From Microthyrium microscopicum (lineage: Eukaryota), in the NCBI GenBank assembly GCA_010405405.1, contig MU004241.1, positions 248,001 to 312,000 on the forward strand: a stretch of 64,000 nt of DNA. Direction: 5' to 3'. Below the pieces are notes generated by a model that was not told the DNA's origin, searched no databases, and was given only the letters and a program-made list of their open reading frames with translations. Position 1 is the first letter of the stretch; each line of letters starts with the position of its first letter. Shown in pieces: positions 11,863 to 24,513 of this stretch. The position numbers and the translations under genes are program-made.

Positions 11863-14546
11863 GTGGGATGGTGGCAGGATTAAGTAGAGCGAGGATGGTA
11901 GTGTGGTGTAATAGTTTAGGTTTGTTGGTAGTAGTGTGATAGTGTGTGATAGTGAAGTAATGAACTGTCGACTTACTGGTGCTGGGGATTTAGATATGTG
12001 GGATCTGGCGTTCCTTCGGGACATTTAAGGTAAATAACTTCCTCATAATATCCTAGATGGTGGGAGTTGTTGAAGGACTAGAAGCACAGACGGTGGGTAT
12101 GAATATAGAAAGATGCTCAAACCATCCCATCAAGGCTCTGGACAGGGAAGTCAACGTAGGGACGTGTAGGGTCCGTGTGAGAAAGCAGAATTAAAAACGG
12201 TCAAGGTTAATGGACACCAACATTAGCAACGCCGCAGATCAAGCAATGGCCCCCTAATTGGGGAGGTCTGCCGGTCTGCCTTCGTGGGATTCAACCCCCG
12301 GTCTTCTCAACGAAGAGACCTCTTGGGGCACGGCCATGGCCCATGGCGGCCCTGCATTTCCGCCTAGTGTTGAGATTCGAGAGAGCAAGAGATGCAGCAA
12401 ATGTTGGCTTGCCAATTACAACGACATTCATTGGAGCCTTGTGAGCTAGTTGATACTTCCACTGTATACTCTCAATTTGATATATCGTCCTCTGTTTGAG
12501 CCTCATTTGCCAATGTACATGCAGTAGGGCCAGCCTCTTGATGTGCGCCATATCAAGCCTGGCGAGCGCGGCACCTTCCAGCCGAAGTAGCCCACAGTAT
12601 CGACATCTATGATCTCAATGTCTCATAAGCGACAGAATGATAGATCGGCAGATGAATCGTTCTGTTTCTTTGCAATCGCAATACCCCGCAGAGACCAAGC
12701 TTGAGGCAGACGTGATGGCGTCGGGGAACTTCATCGAATCTTGATGCTCAGCCTAGCTGTGGCACTTTCGAGTCTCCCTAGTGGCCTGGCTGCCTGGATA
12801 ACGTCGTATTCTACATAGCAAGATGCAAGACTCACCTCTCCTTTTCCCCGGGTCAACTGTCAAAATGCTGCTAAGGAACATAAAACGTGGCTGAAGATTG
12901 GTGGCTGAATCACAGTCCTCGCCGCCCAAAACCACCCACTGGTGCGAGGCATCGTACCTTGCAGACCGTCTTGTTGAATGGGTCACCTTCGTACAGGGGA
13001 AGTCAATGTCTCCAAGGCAGACTTACTTGGGTGCGTGAGAGGAACAGTCAACGCCCTTGTAAGGTACCTGCCTAGGGAGCTACGATCATGATCTCCCAAA
13101 CTCAATGCGACAGAAACGAGAAACATCGACATGGAGTCCATAGGCAAAGCTCGAGCTGGAAATGGAAAACAATGTGGTTGTACGATTGGGTCGTTCGTTT
13201 AGGCGAACATCGGTCCAGGGCTTCATCTCTAGTGGCCGCTAGTAGTTGTCTGCTAGAACGAATTGTGCTTAATTCTCCCCATAGTTCTCCTTAATCTCCT
13301 CTAGTTAATTTTGGGTCAATTTTGGTCCCGCATGGGCCTTATTGCGTACCCACCGACGCCAGCTGTCTGTCCCAATCTGGGTAATTAACCTACTTTGTTT
13401 AACAGGGTAGGGTACTTGAGCTGCTAAAGATAGACCTATGTCGAAAAGATTGTTCCATAAATGCAGCACTTTGGGAAACTTAATCTATTCAATCAGGGCT
13501 AATTGACCATATTTAGCAATTCCTATCAACACACCTACCATCCAGTAGATCGATCTTGTTTGAGCACAACCAACTCAACGCTTGGTCTTAATGGCCAAAA
13601 TAGAGCTGTTAATCTATTTTGTCCCAATCTAGTCACCTTTCTACCTTTGACTTCATCGCGTCACATCAACTACAACCACTCTGTTGGAGATATCGATCGT
13701 GACTCCCTGCAGGAAGGAACTATACCCGCATTGTTAAACATGGACTTGACTTTCAGGACACCGTGTGGGCCATGCGCGGAACCTTTTCTCTTCTTCCTCT
13801 ACATGGACACCCACCATGATCTTCTTCCGATCAACCGATGGAAGCCAGTGCTTCTGCATCCAGCCGCATCTTGTTCAGGCAAAGTCTATCAAAACGTTTC
13901 TTAGCCTCATCGGATCCCAATTTCTCGAAGAACAGCAAGGTTCCATCATCCGTTAGGGTACCTATTGTGAGGATCCAGATACTTCTTTTTTTGTGTATGA
14001 AACCTACAAACATCTCTACAGGATTTTACCTTCTTCAACACAACATGACTACCAACAAGCTCTGAGCATCAAGTAGCTGTGCCTTTTCTCTCATCGAATA
14101 ACATATACCGGCTCCTTCGCCCATGCGCCAAGGATCAAACCAACCATACTGCTTGCTGCTCGATAGGATCATTGGTCCACTTCAGCGAAGGATGTAGTTG
14201 TTCATGGCTTATGGCAATGATGGCATGATGTTATCGATCACCAAGCCACATGGCGTCGTACTTGAAACTTCTCTCCAGACTTCAGCCATCGGTCAGTGCT
14301 CATTCAACCACCAGCATCAATCAGTGCATTGGGATTTGATATTTGCAATCTATATTGAAGGATGTCTATCAATACAACGGTCTATCTTGCAATGTGTCAC
14401 TTCCTTTCCTTCCTCGCATAACCCACCATCCCTTGAACAATTACCATCTATGCGTTGGGGCTAGCACTGACTTTTTGGTACAGAAAGAAACATGACATAT
14501 GTTTTGAGTGGCCGAACGTTTCGAATCCTTGAGGCGGTGCAACAGT

Positions 14547-16881
14547 TCATCGCTCAGTCGTACAAGCCAAGGCTCGTTCAAACGTTGCTACCAGCTCCTG
14601 CGTCTCCTCAAGACCAATACTGACCCGCACCAAGTCACGCTCCACTCCATACGTTGCAGCCTATTCGCCCAAATCGTCAGTAAGGTATTTTGTTGTCAGA
14701 CAGGATTGTACCTACCCAAGCCAATTCATTAAAATGGGCCAGGATCGTGTATGGACAACTACCCATGTGAGTCAGTACTCCATCCTTATGAATCCCTCCA
14801 TGGTTCATACCTCAGTGTAAAGTTGGTACCTAGACTGGGTCCCTTGTACGAATTCAGTTGATCAAAGAACTTGATAGCATCGTCCGACTTGTGAAAGGTC
14901 GCGGAGATCAGACCTCCGTATCCACCAGTCGCAGTGCGGCATTCATCATAGTGTTCTCGTGATGGAGATGACTTGGGGTAATACACCTGTTTGACTAACG
15001 ACAATCTATCAGTAAACTGTGGGGTAACAGGCTGCGCAATCTGATAAAGGCTCACCTGAGGGATGGGATTGGAGAAGCTCCGCCACAGCCTCCGCGTTAA
15101 CATTAACACGTTGTACTCTATACGCTACATCTCGACTATTCCGTTCGAGGAAGATGGCATCTTCTGCCCAATAGGTGTCTTCGTAGTCTCGCTTCCAGAC
15201 CTCCTTGAGCAGGCTATAGTACCTACTGGCCGGGTTCAAAACGGCGCTACTATCATGTCAATGCACGGGGATGGATTTTGGCTCCACAGGGAACATACCT
15301 GCCGCCCATGACATTGCTATCTCCGCTGAATATCTTCGTCAGACTGCTAACCACGACATCTGCGAAGGGGAGAACATTGGCGTTGACGAAATTGGCAATC
15401 GTTTCATCAATGACTACCGCAAAATCGTATTGATCAGCAAGTTTTTTGATACGTCGAAGATCAGGAGTCTTGAGCAGTGGATTCCCTGGAAATTCACAAA
15501 AGAGAGCCAGTATCTTTTCGCCACCCTGTAAACGTGTTTCCAAGTCGTCGAGCTCAAATTGCTCTCCATGTCCATAGAAATCGCACCCTGGGCCGAACTT
15601 TTCCAGGATCTTGAGCGTGTCAATGTAGGGAAAACTAGAAACGTTTTAGCAAGACGTGGGAAATGGTGGGTACTATTGACTTGGGGCTGCATACCCGAAG
15701 CAGACGCTCTTCAATTGGCCTCGCCCCGCCAAAAGAGCCTGATGTGCGCTGAAGATTGCATTCATTCCACAAGGATAGAGGTACACGTCGTCCTCTGATG
15801 AGTGTCGAAGTGTCTCTCGTTGGTCCGCTGCCTGCACATGTGAAGCACCATTGCCATTTGGTTCTGCGAGGTCGGGAATACTGCCGGCAATCCGACGTCT
15901 GATTGCAAGTTTTGCACTCTCCACCTGCGATATGTCAAGATTGCGTCCAAAACGCTCTTCGACAAAGTGGGATTGGTCGACGAGTTCGGCCGGCTCGCCT
16001 GCGGCCTTTTCGCGAGCCCCAGAGGGCTTGCTTTGGTATCGCTTGGGGCCTTTACAGGAGCCGATGCCGCTGGGCTGGATCTTACGATGAACAAGCTTCC
16101 CTTCCTTCAAGAGTGCATGTGCATACTCGGCCCGTCGACTGGAGATTCCCGCTCCAGTGTGTTGCCAGTACTTGCGCATCTGAGAGTAGTCGGCCTCTGG
16201 AAATATGCAGGCAAAGATGGAAGTGGAGACCGACTGGCTAGAATTAGGGTCGCCATGGTGGTCTTCAGCCTCTGCAAACTCGAGGATCTGGATCTGATTC
16301 GAGGAAATTTTGCAGTCTGGGTGATTTACAGCAAAGTGCTTGAAGTGTTCCGCGACTTTTCTGGTCGGGAATAACAGTGTTCTCTGATCTATGGTCCCAT
16401 ACTGTTGAAGAATCTCCGTACCTAGTCTTTCGATGCATTTGTGAACATAGAACCTAAAGATTGGTCAGAGCATTTCTCACATCCGATCTCTTCATGCAAG
16501 TGATGATGAAGGATTGCGGCACAGCAGCCTTTCACAACGCCTTTGGGATTATAGACCAATAGCTGATCCACACTCGTGTTGGACTTGGTCTCCAAAACTC
16601 GTATCAATTTATTGGTTGATTGACTTAAGACGAGTTCCATGTCTCGACGGATGTAGAATGTCATAGCACTGATCTTTTGGATGACCATCAAGATTAACAT
16701 ACCTAGGATAACCAGTTTGCATTCGAGTCAGAACTCGCTCGGCACCTTCTTCATAGTCTATATTTGATTGCCAAGTTGGCAATGATACACTAACAGCATG
16801 ATCTGTATTTGGTGGTACAGACTCGCCGACATCGCAGTCGACAGGAGTGATACTTTGGTTAACTTTGGCGATTTGGACCAT
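14547..16881 (-). CDS. STR2: Cystathionine gamma-synthase, PLP-dependent, 7 exons (introns 16454-16702, 15635-15694, 15247-15298, 14995-15055, 14759-14810, 14661-14715)
   Basis: [10 protein letters not shown]...YEEG...[54 protein letters not shown] (PLP lysine), [20 protein letters not shown]; all junctions in frame. Confidence 0.93.
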
Positions 16882-17276
16882 GTGTGTGGTAATCTGGGAT
16901 CGATTGAGTGAATTGAAAGGCTGATTATGTAGGCTTCCTTTGAGTAAAGGGCCCCGTCGTGATTTGCAGAAAGTACAAAGGAAAAGAAAATGTAGTGAGT
17001 GACTCAGATTAGACAAATCGGAAAGTAGAGATTTAATAAAGTCATTGTCTAGAGTAGTGGATGAAGTTCGAGGCGACTCATCAACTGCAGTGAGCGCGTG
17101 CACCTTCCGTCCGCGGGCTTCAAAATCCGATCTAACGCCACATGCGCTAGGGAGCACCAAATACTTAGCGCACGGCTCCTTTGCTACACCCTACGCGAAC
17201 CCCAATTTTTTTCCATCGAAAGTTTCGACATTTCTGATATCCAATACAACAGCCTTGTATCTACACCCAAAATTCC

Positions 17277-20200
17277 ATGGCAACCTCAACGATCAAGAAA
17301 CGAAGTCGGGATAAGAGCGGGGATATGGAGCAAGATGACGATAGCTTTGAAGGCTTTTCAGGCTCCGACAACGAGCCCCCGAAAAATCATGAGCGTCCTG
17401 TCGCAAAGAAGCCAAAGCGAGCCCACCCAGTGCAAGTGAGCGCAGAAAGTATGTTCACCCTTCTATTCCAAGCTTCAGGTCATATCCTATGACGAACTGG
17501 TCTAAAATCTGATGATATTCGTCTGTTACGAGAGCCAAGAATTGTTCAATGGAACTCAATATCACCTCTACCCTTGCATGTGTAGATGTTGACGGTTGCA
17601 TCCTTCACTAGAATGGTACTTTCATGCTGATCTTGATCTCACTTCAGCAAGTGGGAAGAAGATCATGCACTGTTCCTTTTTGTCTCCCATGCTTCTATGC
17701 TAATTACTCCAGGTCTGACAGGTGGTGCCTATGTTGGCGAGATTTACAAATCAAACTTGTTCAAATTGCAGGTTGATGAGCTCATTTGCTCTGTGAAGCC
17801 CAAATATGCGCGGATAGAAGATTCAGTAAACAAACTACTTCAAACTTTGAAGAGGGTTATTGAGGACATTCCTGCCCGAGAACCTATTTCTGCAAGTGTA
17901 TTTCTCGATCACGAAGCTCAGATGTCTAATACAAACCAGATCTCGGCTGCTGAGAAACAAATGCTCAAGGATGACAAGGTTGCGATTCCATTTCCGGAAC
18001 CTCGCCCCAAGGTAGATTCTAGCTATACGCTGTCTTACCAAAAGCCTGCTCATATCAATGTTGCCGGAAGTTATCCAGTACAGACCATCACCCAAAGTGA
18101 CAGCCCTATGAAACTGGATCTCGTTATCACTATGCCGGATGCAATATTTCAAGAGAAGGATTACTTGAACAATCGCTACTTTGCTAGGCGAGCATACTAT
18201 CTGGCTTGCATTGCGGCAGGTATCAAAAACTCTGAGAAGGCAGCGTTCAAAGTGACCTTTGACCTCCTACATGGTTGCCAAAGCCTCCCAGTGCTCGTTC
18301 TGGAACCTATCGTTCAAGAGAAAGGGTCGGTGCATAAGCATCTCAAGAATTTCCAAGTAGTGGTGATCCCTACCATATCGCGGGATTTGTTTCCAACAGG
18401 AAAGCTACTTCCTAGCAAGAGCTGTGTTCGGGCGAAGGATCCAAAATCCAGCACATCGGAAAAGTCTAGCCCATTCTATAATGCGACCGTGCTCCACGAT
18501 TCACTTGTGACGTCGTATCTCAAGCTCCAATTCGAGACGACTAAAGAGTGCGATCAATATCGCGATGCTTGTATGCTTGGTCGAGTTTGGCTAAGACAAC
18601 GAGGACTTGAATCCCGACTTGAGGGTGGAGGTTTTGGAAACTTTGAATGGGCCACCCTCATAGCTTTGCTGCTCAATGGAGGCGGACCAAAAGGCATGCC
18701 CAAGTTTTCCCAAGGTTACAGCAGCTATCAGCTTTTTAAAGCCATGCTACAGTACATCGCAACCAAGAACCTTATCCAAAGTCCACAAGTGGTCGGCTTG
18801 GAGGACTCATCAGCAGTGTCCAAAATCCCCGGCATTCCCCTGTTTTTCGATGGAGTACGAGGACATAATGTCTTATTCAAAATGACAGAATGGTCGTACC
18901 GTCTTTTGCAACACGAAGCAAAGGTCACTATTTCTTCCCTTGGAGATGTCAATCTGGATCAATTCAACGCGGCATTTATTGCAAAAACCAACCACGCTCT
19001 CTGTCAATACGATGCTATCTTGGAAGTTCCAATCAGCCCAATTCCGCAAAACAAATCTGAAACGCACCTGAAGTCGGATCAGCTACGCGAATTCAGCCAG
19101 GATATCTACACCGTCCTGAAAACGGCCTTGACTTCCAGGGTGGATTTAATAACCATCCACACACCTTCGGCAGAAGCATGGGATGTGGAACGACCGTTCA
19201 AAGCCCGCAAAACCAACAGAAATGTCACGACAGGCTTTCTTTTCAACCCTGAAAACATTGACCGAACAGTTGATCATGGTCCCTCCGCAGAAACCGAAAG
19301 AGAAGCCGAACAATTTCGAAAGTTCTGGGGAGAAAAGGCCGAATTGCGTAGGTTCAAAGATGGTAGTATCCGGGAGAGTCTTGTGTGGAAAGAGCAGTCG
19401 GATTTCACTGTCTTTCGACAGATAATATCCTATGCTGTCAAACGCCACTTCGATGACAACCTGGAGCAAGGCCTTGTCTTTACCGAAAACATCGCAGAGA
19501 AGCTCGTAGCGGAAGCCACAAACTCGATGGACTCAGCTACTGCTTTATTCCAGCAGTGTTTCCAGGCATTCCAAGGTCTTGTGAACGATGTCAACAAAGA
19601 GTTGGAGGATTTGTCACTACGAGTAAGCCAAGTTCTACCCGCTGACGCCCAGTTGTCACAAAGCTCAGTTGAAATACCTATGGCTCGAGGTCCTGCGTCA
19701 AAAACCCAACCAGCGAACTGCATCATAGAGTTTGAAAGCTCTGGGCGTTGGCCTGATGACCTGGAAGCTATTCAGAAGACAAAGATCGCCTTTCTCGTCA
19801 AGCTAGCTGAATCATTAGAAGCCAGCAAGGACGGTATCACTTGCCGAGTTGGCATCGAGAATGAGAACCACGCATTGTTGAATCAAGGCTTCTTGGATGT
19901 CATATATCCTTCCGGTGCAGCTTTCCGATTACGCATTCACCACGATCGAGATGCAACTCTGCTAGAACGTGATTTGAAGGATAAGACTTTGGAACCAAAG
20001 AAAAAGGCAGAAACAGCGGCTGCTCTAGCTGCCTACAAACAACAATATCTCCATTCGCCAATCCACTGTCAGGCTATTCAAGGCGTCGCTACGCGCTTTC
20101 CATCGTTTTCAAAGACAGTCCGGCTTGTCAAGCAATGGTTCTCCGCCCAACTTCTCTCGCCTCATTTCGCAGACGCCATGATCGAGATGTTCGTAGCCAG

Positions 20201-20978
20201 CACATACACCAACCCTTATCCATGGCGCGCTCCGACAAGTCCTACCACAGGTCTCCTGCGAACTCTCTTATTCCTCGCCCGATGGGAGTGGCACGCAGAC
20301 CCATGGATCGTCAACTTAGGCGCTGACCCGCTAAAAGAATCAGACATCGTCGCTATAAAGACACGTTTCCAAGCATGGCGAAGCATCGATCCAGCACTGA
20401 ATCGCGTAGTCATGTTTGTAGCCTCCAATGTCGATACTGACGGGACCACATGGACCGACTATGGCAATCCACCAAAGGTCATCGCCGCGCGAATGACTGC
20501 ACTAGCCAAATCTGCGGCCGAATACATCAAAGCTCAGGGAACGAAACTGGACTTGCAGACACTCTTCGCGACCAACACAAGCGACTATGATTTTGTAATC
20601 CACATCAATCGCAGGAAATTGAGTGAACGCGCCAACCGTGCCAACGGGCAAGGATTCAAGAATATTGAATTGCAAGCTGAACTGGATACTCAAATCATCG
20701 GATATGATCCCTGCCAGCTATTTGTCGACGAGCTTACCCGACTCTATTCCAACGCCATGGTGCTCTTTTCCAACTCTGCGCGCAAAGATATCATCGCTGG
20801 TCTCTGGAATCCGCAGACGAAGCGCAGTTGGAAAGTACAATTATACTATTCGAGTATCCAATTAGCCAAAGGCAAAGGACCACATGGAGACGACGAGATT
20901 ACCGTGAATAAGGATGCCATCTTGAACGAGATTGCTCGCTTGGGCGGGGACTTGATCCTACGAATTGACACCAAGTGA
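17277..20978 (+). CDS. UTP22: U3 snoRNA-associated protein Utp22 (Nrap family); introns 17449-17712 and GC-AG 17892-17939
   Basis: YKSNLFKLQVDEL, IFQEKDYLNNRYFARRAYYLA, FRKFWGEKAELRRFKDGSIRESLVW, FESSGRWPDDLEAIQKTKIAFL, ILNEIARLGGDLI. Confidence 0.95.
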
Positions 20979-22831
20979 AAGAAGATAGGTACGCGATAAC
21001 GTCCCTGTAAATTCATTAAGGAATCTACCAAGACGTGCGTACGTCGATTGATACCCAATGATATGATTTGTTCACCAATCGTGACTTTCAGTACATGTGG
21101 CTAAAATCTCGCCCTGCATATTCATAGTGAAAGCCTCACGGTGTACAATAACTTGAATCCTGCGGTGTCGCCAACCACTTAAAGTGCCAGAATAAATTAG
21201 GTACTTACAGTTGGGACAGAGCAGACAACCACTCCTCGTGAGTCGCACGGCAGGACGTTTCGATCACTCTTATAGATCCAGGGCGAATGGCCCCTTTTGA
21301 CTGGTGCAGCATGCATGGTCGACAGGGCGGCAGGGCCCACGCACCTTAATGGAGCTAATGGCACCTGTTGCTTGTGGCTAAGCTTTGTGCCAGTCCGGAA
21401 AGTTCAATGTTGACATTTCGAGACTAGAATTAACCAATGATGTGAAAACTAATCTGGACATGCATGGGGTGTAAGGCACTGCGCCCAACGCTGCAGTTGG
21501 CGGATTAGTCGATCATTCCGGTCAAGTACATATTAATGCGTTTGCTGATGTTTTGGGTCAAGGTACCGGTTTTGTCAGAGACAATTCTGGACATGATTTC
21601 TGGTTCGACTTTGTCGCCCTTTAGTAAAAAGAGGTGAGACTCGTGAGAATTTGTGTCGTTGATGAGGGCGTGGCTGCAGTATCAAGACGCCTTGGAGTCG
21701 ACGAATACTATTATCGTAACCTAAGAATTGCATTCACTAGGTCATACAAAGAGTTGAAATTATTGCAGGAATTGATAGTCTAGCATGGATTACTTACTAT
21801 AGAAATTTTTCCATAGATTCAGGACGTGCTTCGTTTTGGTAGTCGCTCCAGTATCAACACCAAGAAGACTTTCGATTTAAGAACGCCTACATCGCCAACA
21901 TCCTGCGCCCATCCCTGCCCAGTCTCATCTGTGTCTATCGAATATGATTGGCCTTTATATGCATACCCTGGTCTCCTCCATGTTGATCCCTTCTCATCCG
22001 TCGAACTAAACCTTTCCAGGTCGCAAGACTACGGCCAAAACCTCTCCCAAAACCTCAACCTTCCAAAGGACCGCCATCACCACGCATCTCACATCCGATT
22101 TTGCACCCCGCCAAATAATCATGAGATTACAGGCAACAATGAAAGCTTGGCCCCCCAGAACTATTTATCTTCTGATTTCGTCCTTCTCTTCTTCTTCTAC
22201 TTTCTTTCCATCACCTCAACTGCCAATATCAAGAGGCCGCTTCCTACAGTCGTACTATGTACTTGATCCTCACGACACTACATCCTTCATCTATACGCCG
22301 TTCTGACCCCACCACACGTCTCAGCAACATTGTTTCTGCTTGAATTCCTCTATCACCAGTCTCGAATTATCGTCGCTTTGGTTTGAATTAATTCGAACTG
22401 GTGGTTGAAGCTTGAAAGTCGAATGCAGATATTGCTTGCCTGAGGCTCCAAGGCATCAACGACTGGTATTTAACCATCCCCCGTTACACTCCCTCCTTCT
22501 TTCCTTTCCTCCACTCCATTCACCAAATTCTTGAATCTGGTTGAAGGACATTTCGGCTGACAGAATACCCTGTATGCTAACTATACTAGTTCATTGCAGC
22601 TTGGGTACTGTCATTTCTCTATGCTGTCTCATTGGATACCACCCTGCTAGACTTATACTGCTGGACTTCCATTATCATACCCGTGGACCTTGGTATTCCG
22701 ATACCAGTACATCGTCATAGTCATTTCGCAGTCTACTTATCAGTACCTGGTCATCCAAACTCATTCGGACTTTACCTTTATACAAGTGACCTCGACATTG
22801 CCCCAATTTGCTGCCTCAGCCTTGCTTCACA

Positions 22832-23493
22832 ATGGCCCGCACCACCACCGTCGCTGCCGTCGAGGCAACGCTCATCTCTGAATACGGAATGATAGCCATA
22901 TTCGAGCAGAGCATAGTCGAGTTCCTCAATTGCGCAGAAAATACACCAATATGGCACGTTAGTGTAAAATTTATCGACGCCCTCCAAGTGAGTTCCCTTA
23001 GCTTGGTACAGCCTTGTCTTGGCAAAAACATCACGATGCTCGAAGATGGTCTTACATGTCGCGGCGGTTAACACAATACTTACAGAGAATCGTTCGTATG
23101 ACTCTTGACCCTCAGAGCTCCCGCTTTAACAATAACGTCTTGTTAAAACTATATGGTGAGTGCTTCAACTTTGATGGCTTGTCGTCGCTCTGCTGGGCGC
23201 TTGGACCACTTAGCTTACCAGGTCTTACATTCGACCAATCACTGACACTTCCAATAACAGACTCGCCCACCTCAGACATCACGGTCATACAATCTGAATT
23301 GAACGATCTCTTACAATACGTGCCGAATGTTCGAAAGCATTTTGCTGGCTTCTTAAGCGCGCCGACGAAAAGCAAAACACACAAGAATGCAGCGCGGAGA
23401 TATTTGTGTGAGCTTACTGGCTTGCCATTTGAGTTCAATGAGAAGGCTCCAACACTTTCTTGGACCCCGACCAAGAAGCTGTCGCAAGCTTGA
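22832..23493 (+). CDS. Orphan hypothetical protein, ~187 aa (exons 22832-22987, 23086-23493)
   Basis: GTGAGT donor and TTAAC...TACAG acceptor join two ORFs in phase 0; no recognisable motif. Confidence 0.55.
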
Positions 23494-24513
23494 TGATGTG
23501 GATACAAGAACTTGATTTCGTTCCACGTTGTTTCTGATGTGTTATGTAGTAGGGATTATTTTGTACTTTTGATCTTTGGGACTCAGCAGCACGAGCGGGT
23601 ATGAGCTGCGGAAGGAGTTTTGAGGAAGGCCAGGCCACTAAGTTGCCTCATGATTGTTGACTTTGAGTTGTATTATTTGCTTTGTGAACTATTTCATTCC
23701 ATCAACTTATGTTTCCATCCTGTCCTTCTCTTGATGTGAAAGTTGTTAGTGAAGCTTTCATCTATCGCCATCTTAGAATGGAGACTAAAACATGATAAAT
23801 ATTCATGCTGTCCATTCTACTTTCTCGAGTTATGTTCTGCCCTAAGTATTTGGTTGGAAGTTGCAGTACCACTTCTACGGAGTGCCCAGGAAGTTCTAGG
23901 CGGAACGATCGATTACGCATCATTTGTGAGGTGTCCGATGATCCGATCGAGGACAGCCTACAGTGCCCTTCTTAAAGACATTTTGAGGGAGATGGTGGAA
24001 TGCTAACAAAAGTTTAATTAAATTGTTGAATTGAGCCTATAAAGTGGTGTGGTGGCGGGCGCCTTTCAGCCGGCACTAAAGGGCAATCGTGATTGGCCGC
24101 CCTTTCCTCACCTATTCGGCAGTCTCCAGGAGCGTGGCGTTTAGCCGGGCTCTAGGCTCCTTATGGAGTAGCTACGACCCTATCGCGAGTCGCGCGCTCT
24201 TTCCATCTCTAGCCTCCCTGACATTTTGCGACTTTCTAGTTTCTACATTCCAACACGACGACAATTTCCTCATCCCTTATACAACTCTTCAAAACCATCT
24301 CGGAAAATCGCCCACCTTTCCTATAGCCCCGCTATCCATTGACGTCGCGTTTCAACCACGAAACATCTCCGTCCCTCATTTCCACCTCCATTGACGGCTA
24401 TCCCTTGCTACCAAGTTCAACATCCGACGAACCCCTGGACCCCAACGACTACTCGACCTTGCAACTACACTTCGACGACAGCCGATGCCGTCGCGGACAA
24501 ATATGCGATATCA

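Noticed and set aside
13200..13520. TpA-rich patch suggesting a RIP-mutated transposon relic
   Set aside because: No terminal repeats, second copy or coding remnant visible.
16500..16566. Box C (GTGATGA) and box D (CTGA) pair on the plus strand
   Set aside because: Antisense to the host intron, no terminal stem, no recognisable rRNA guide.
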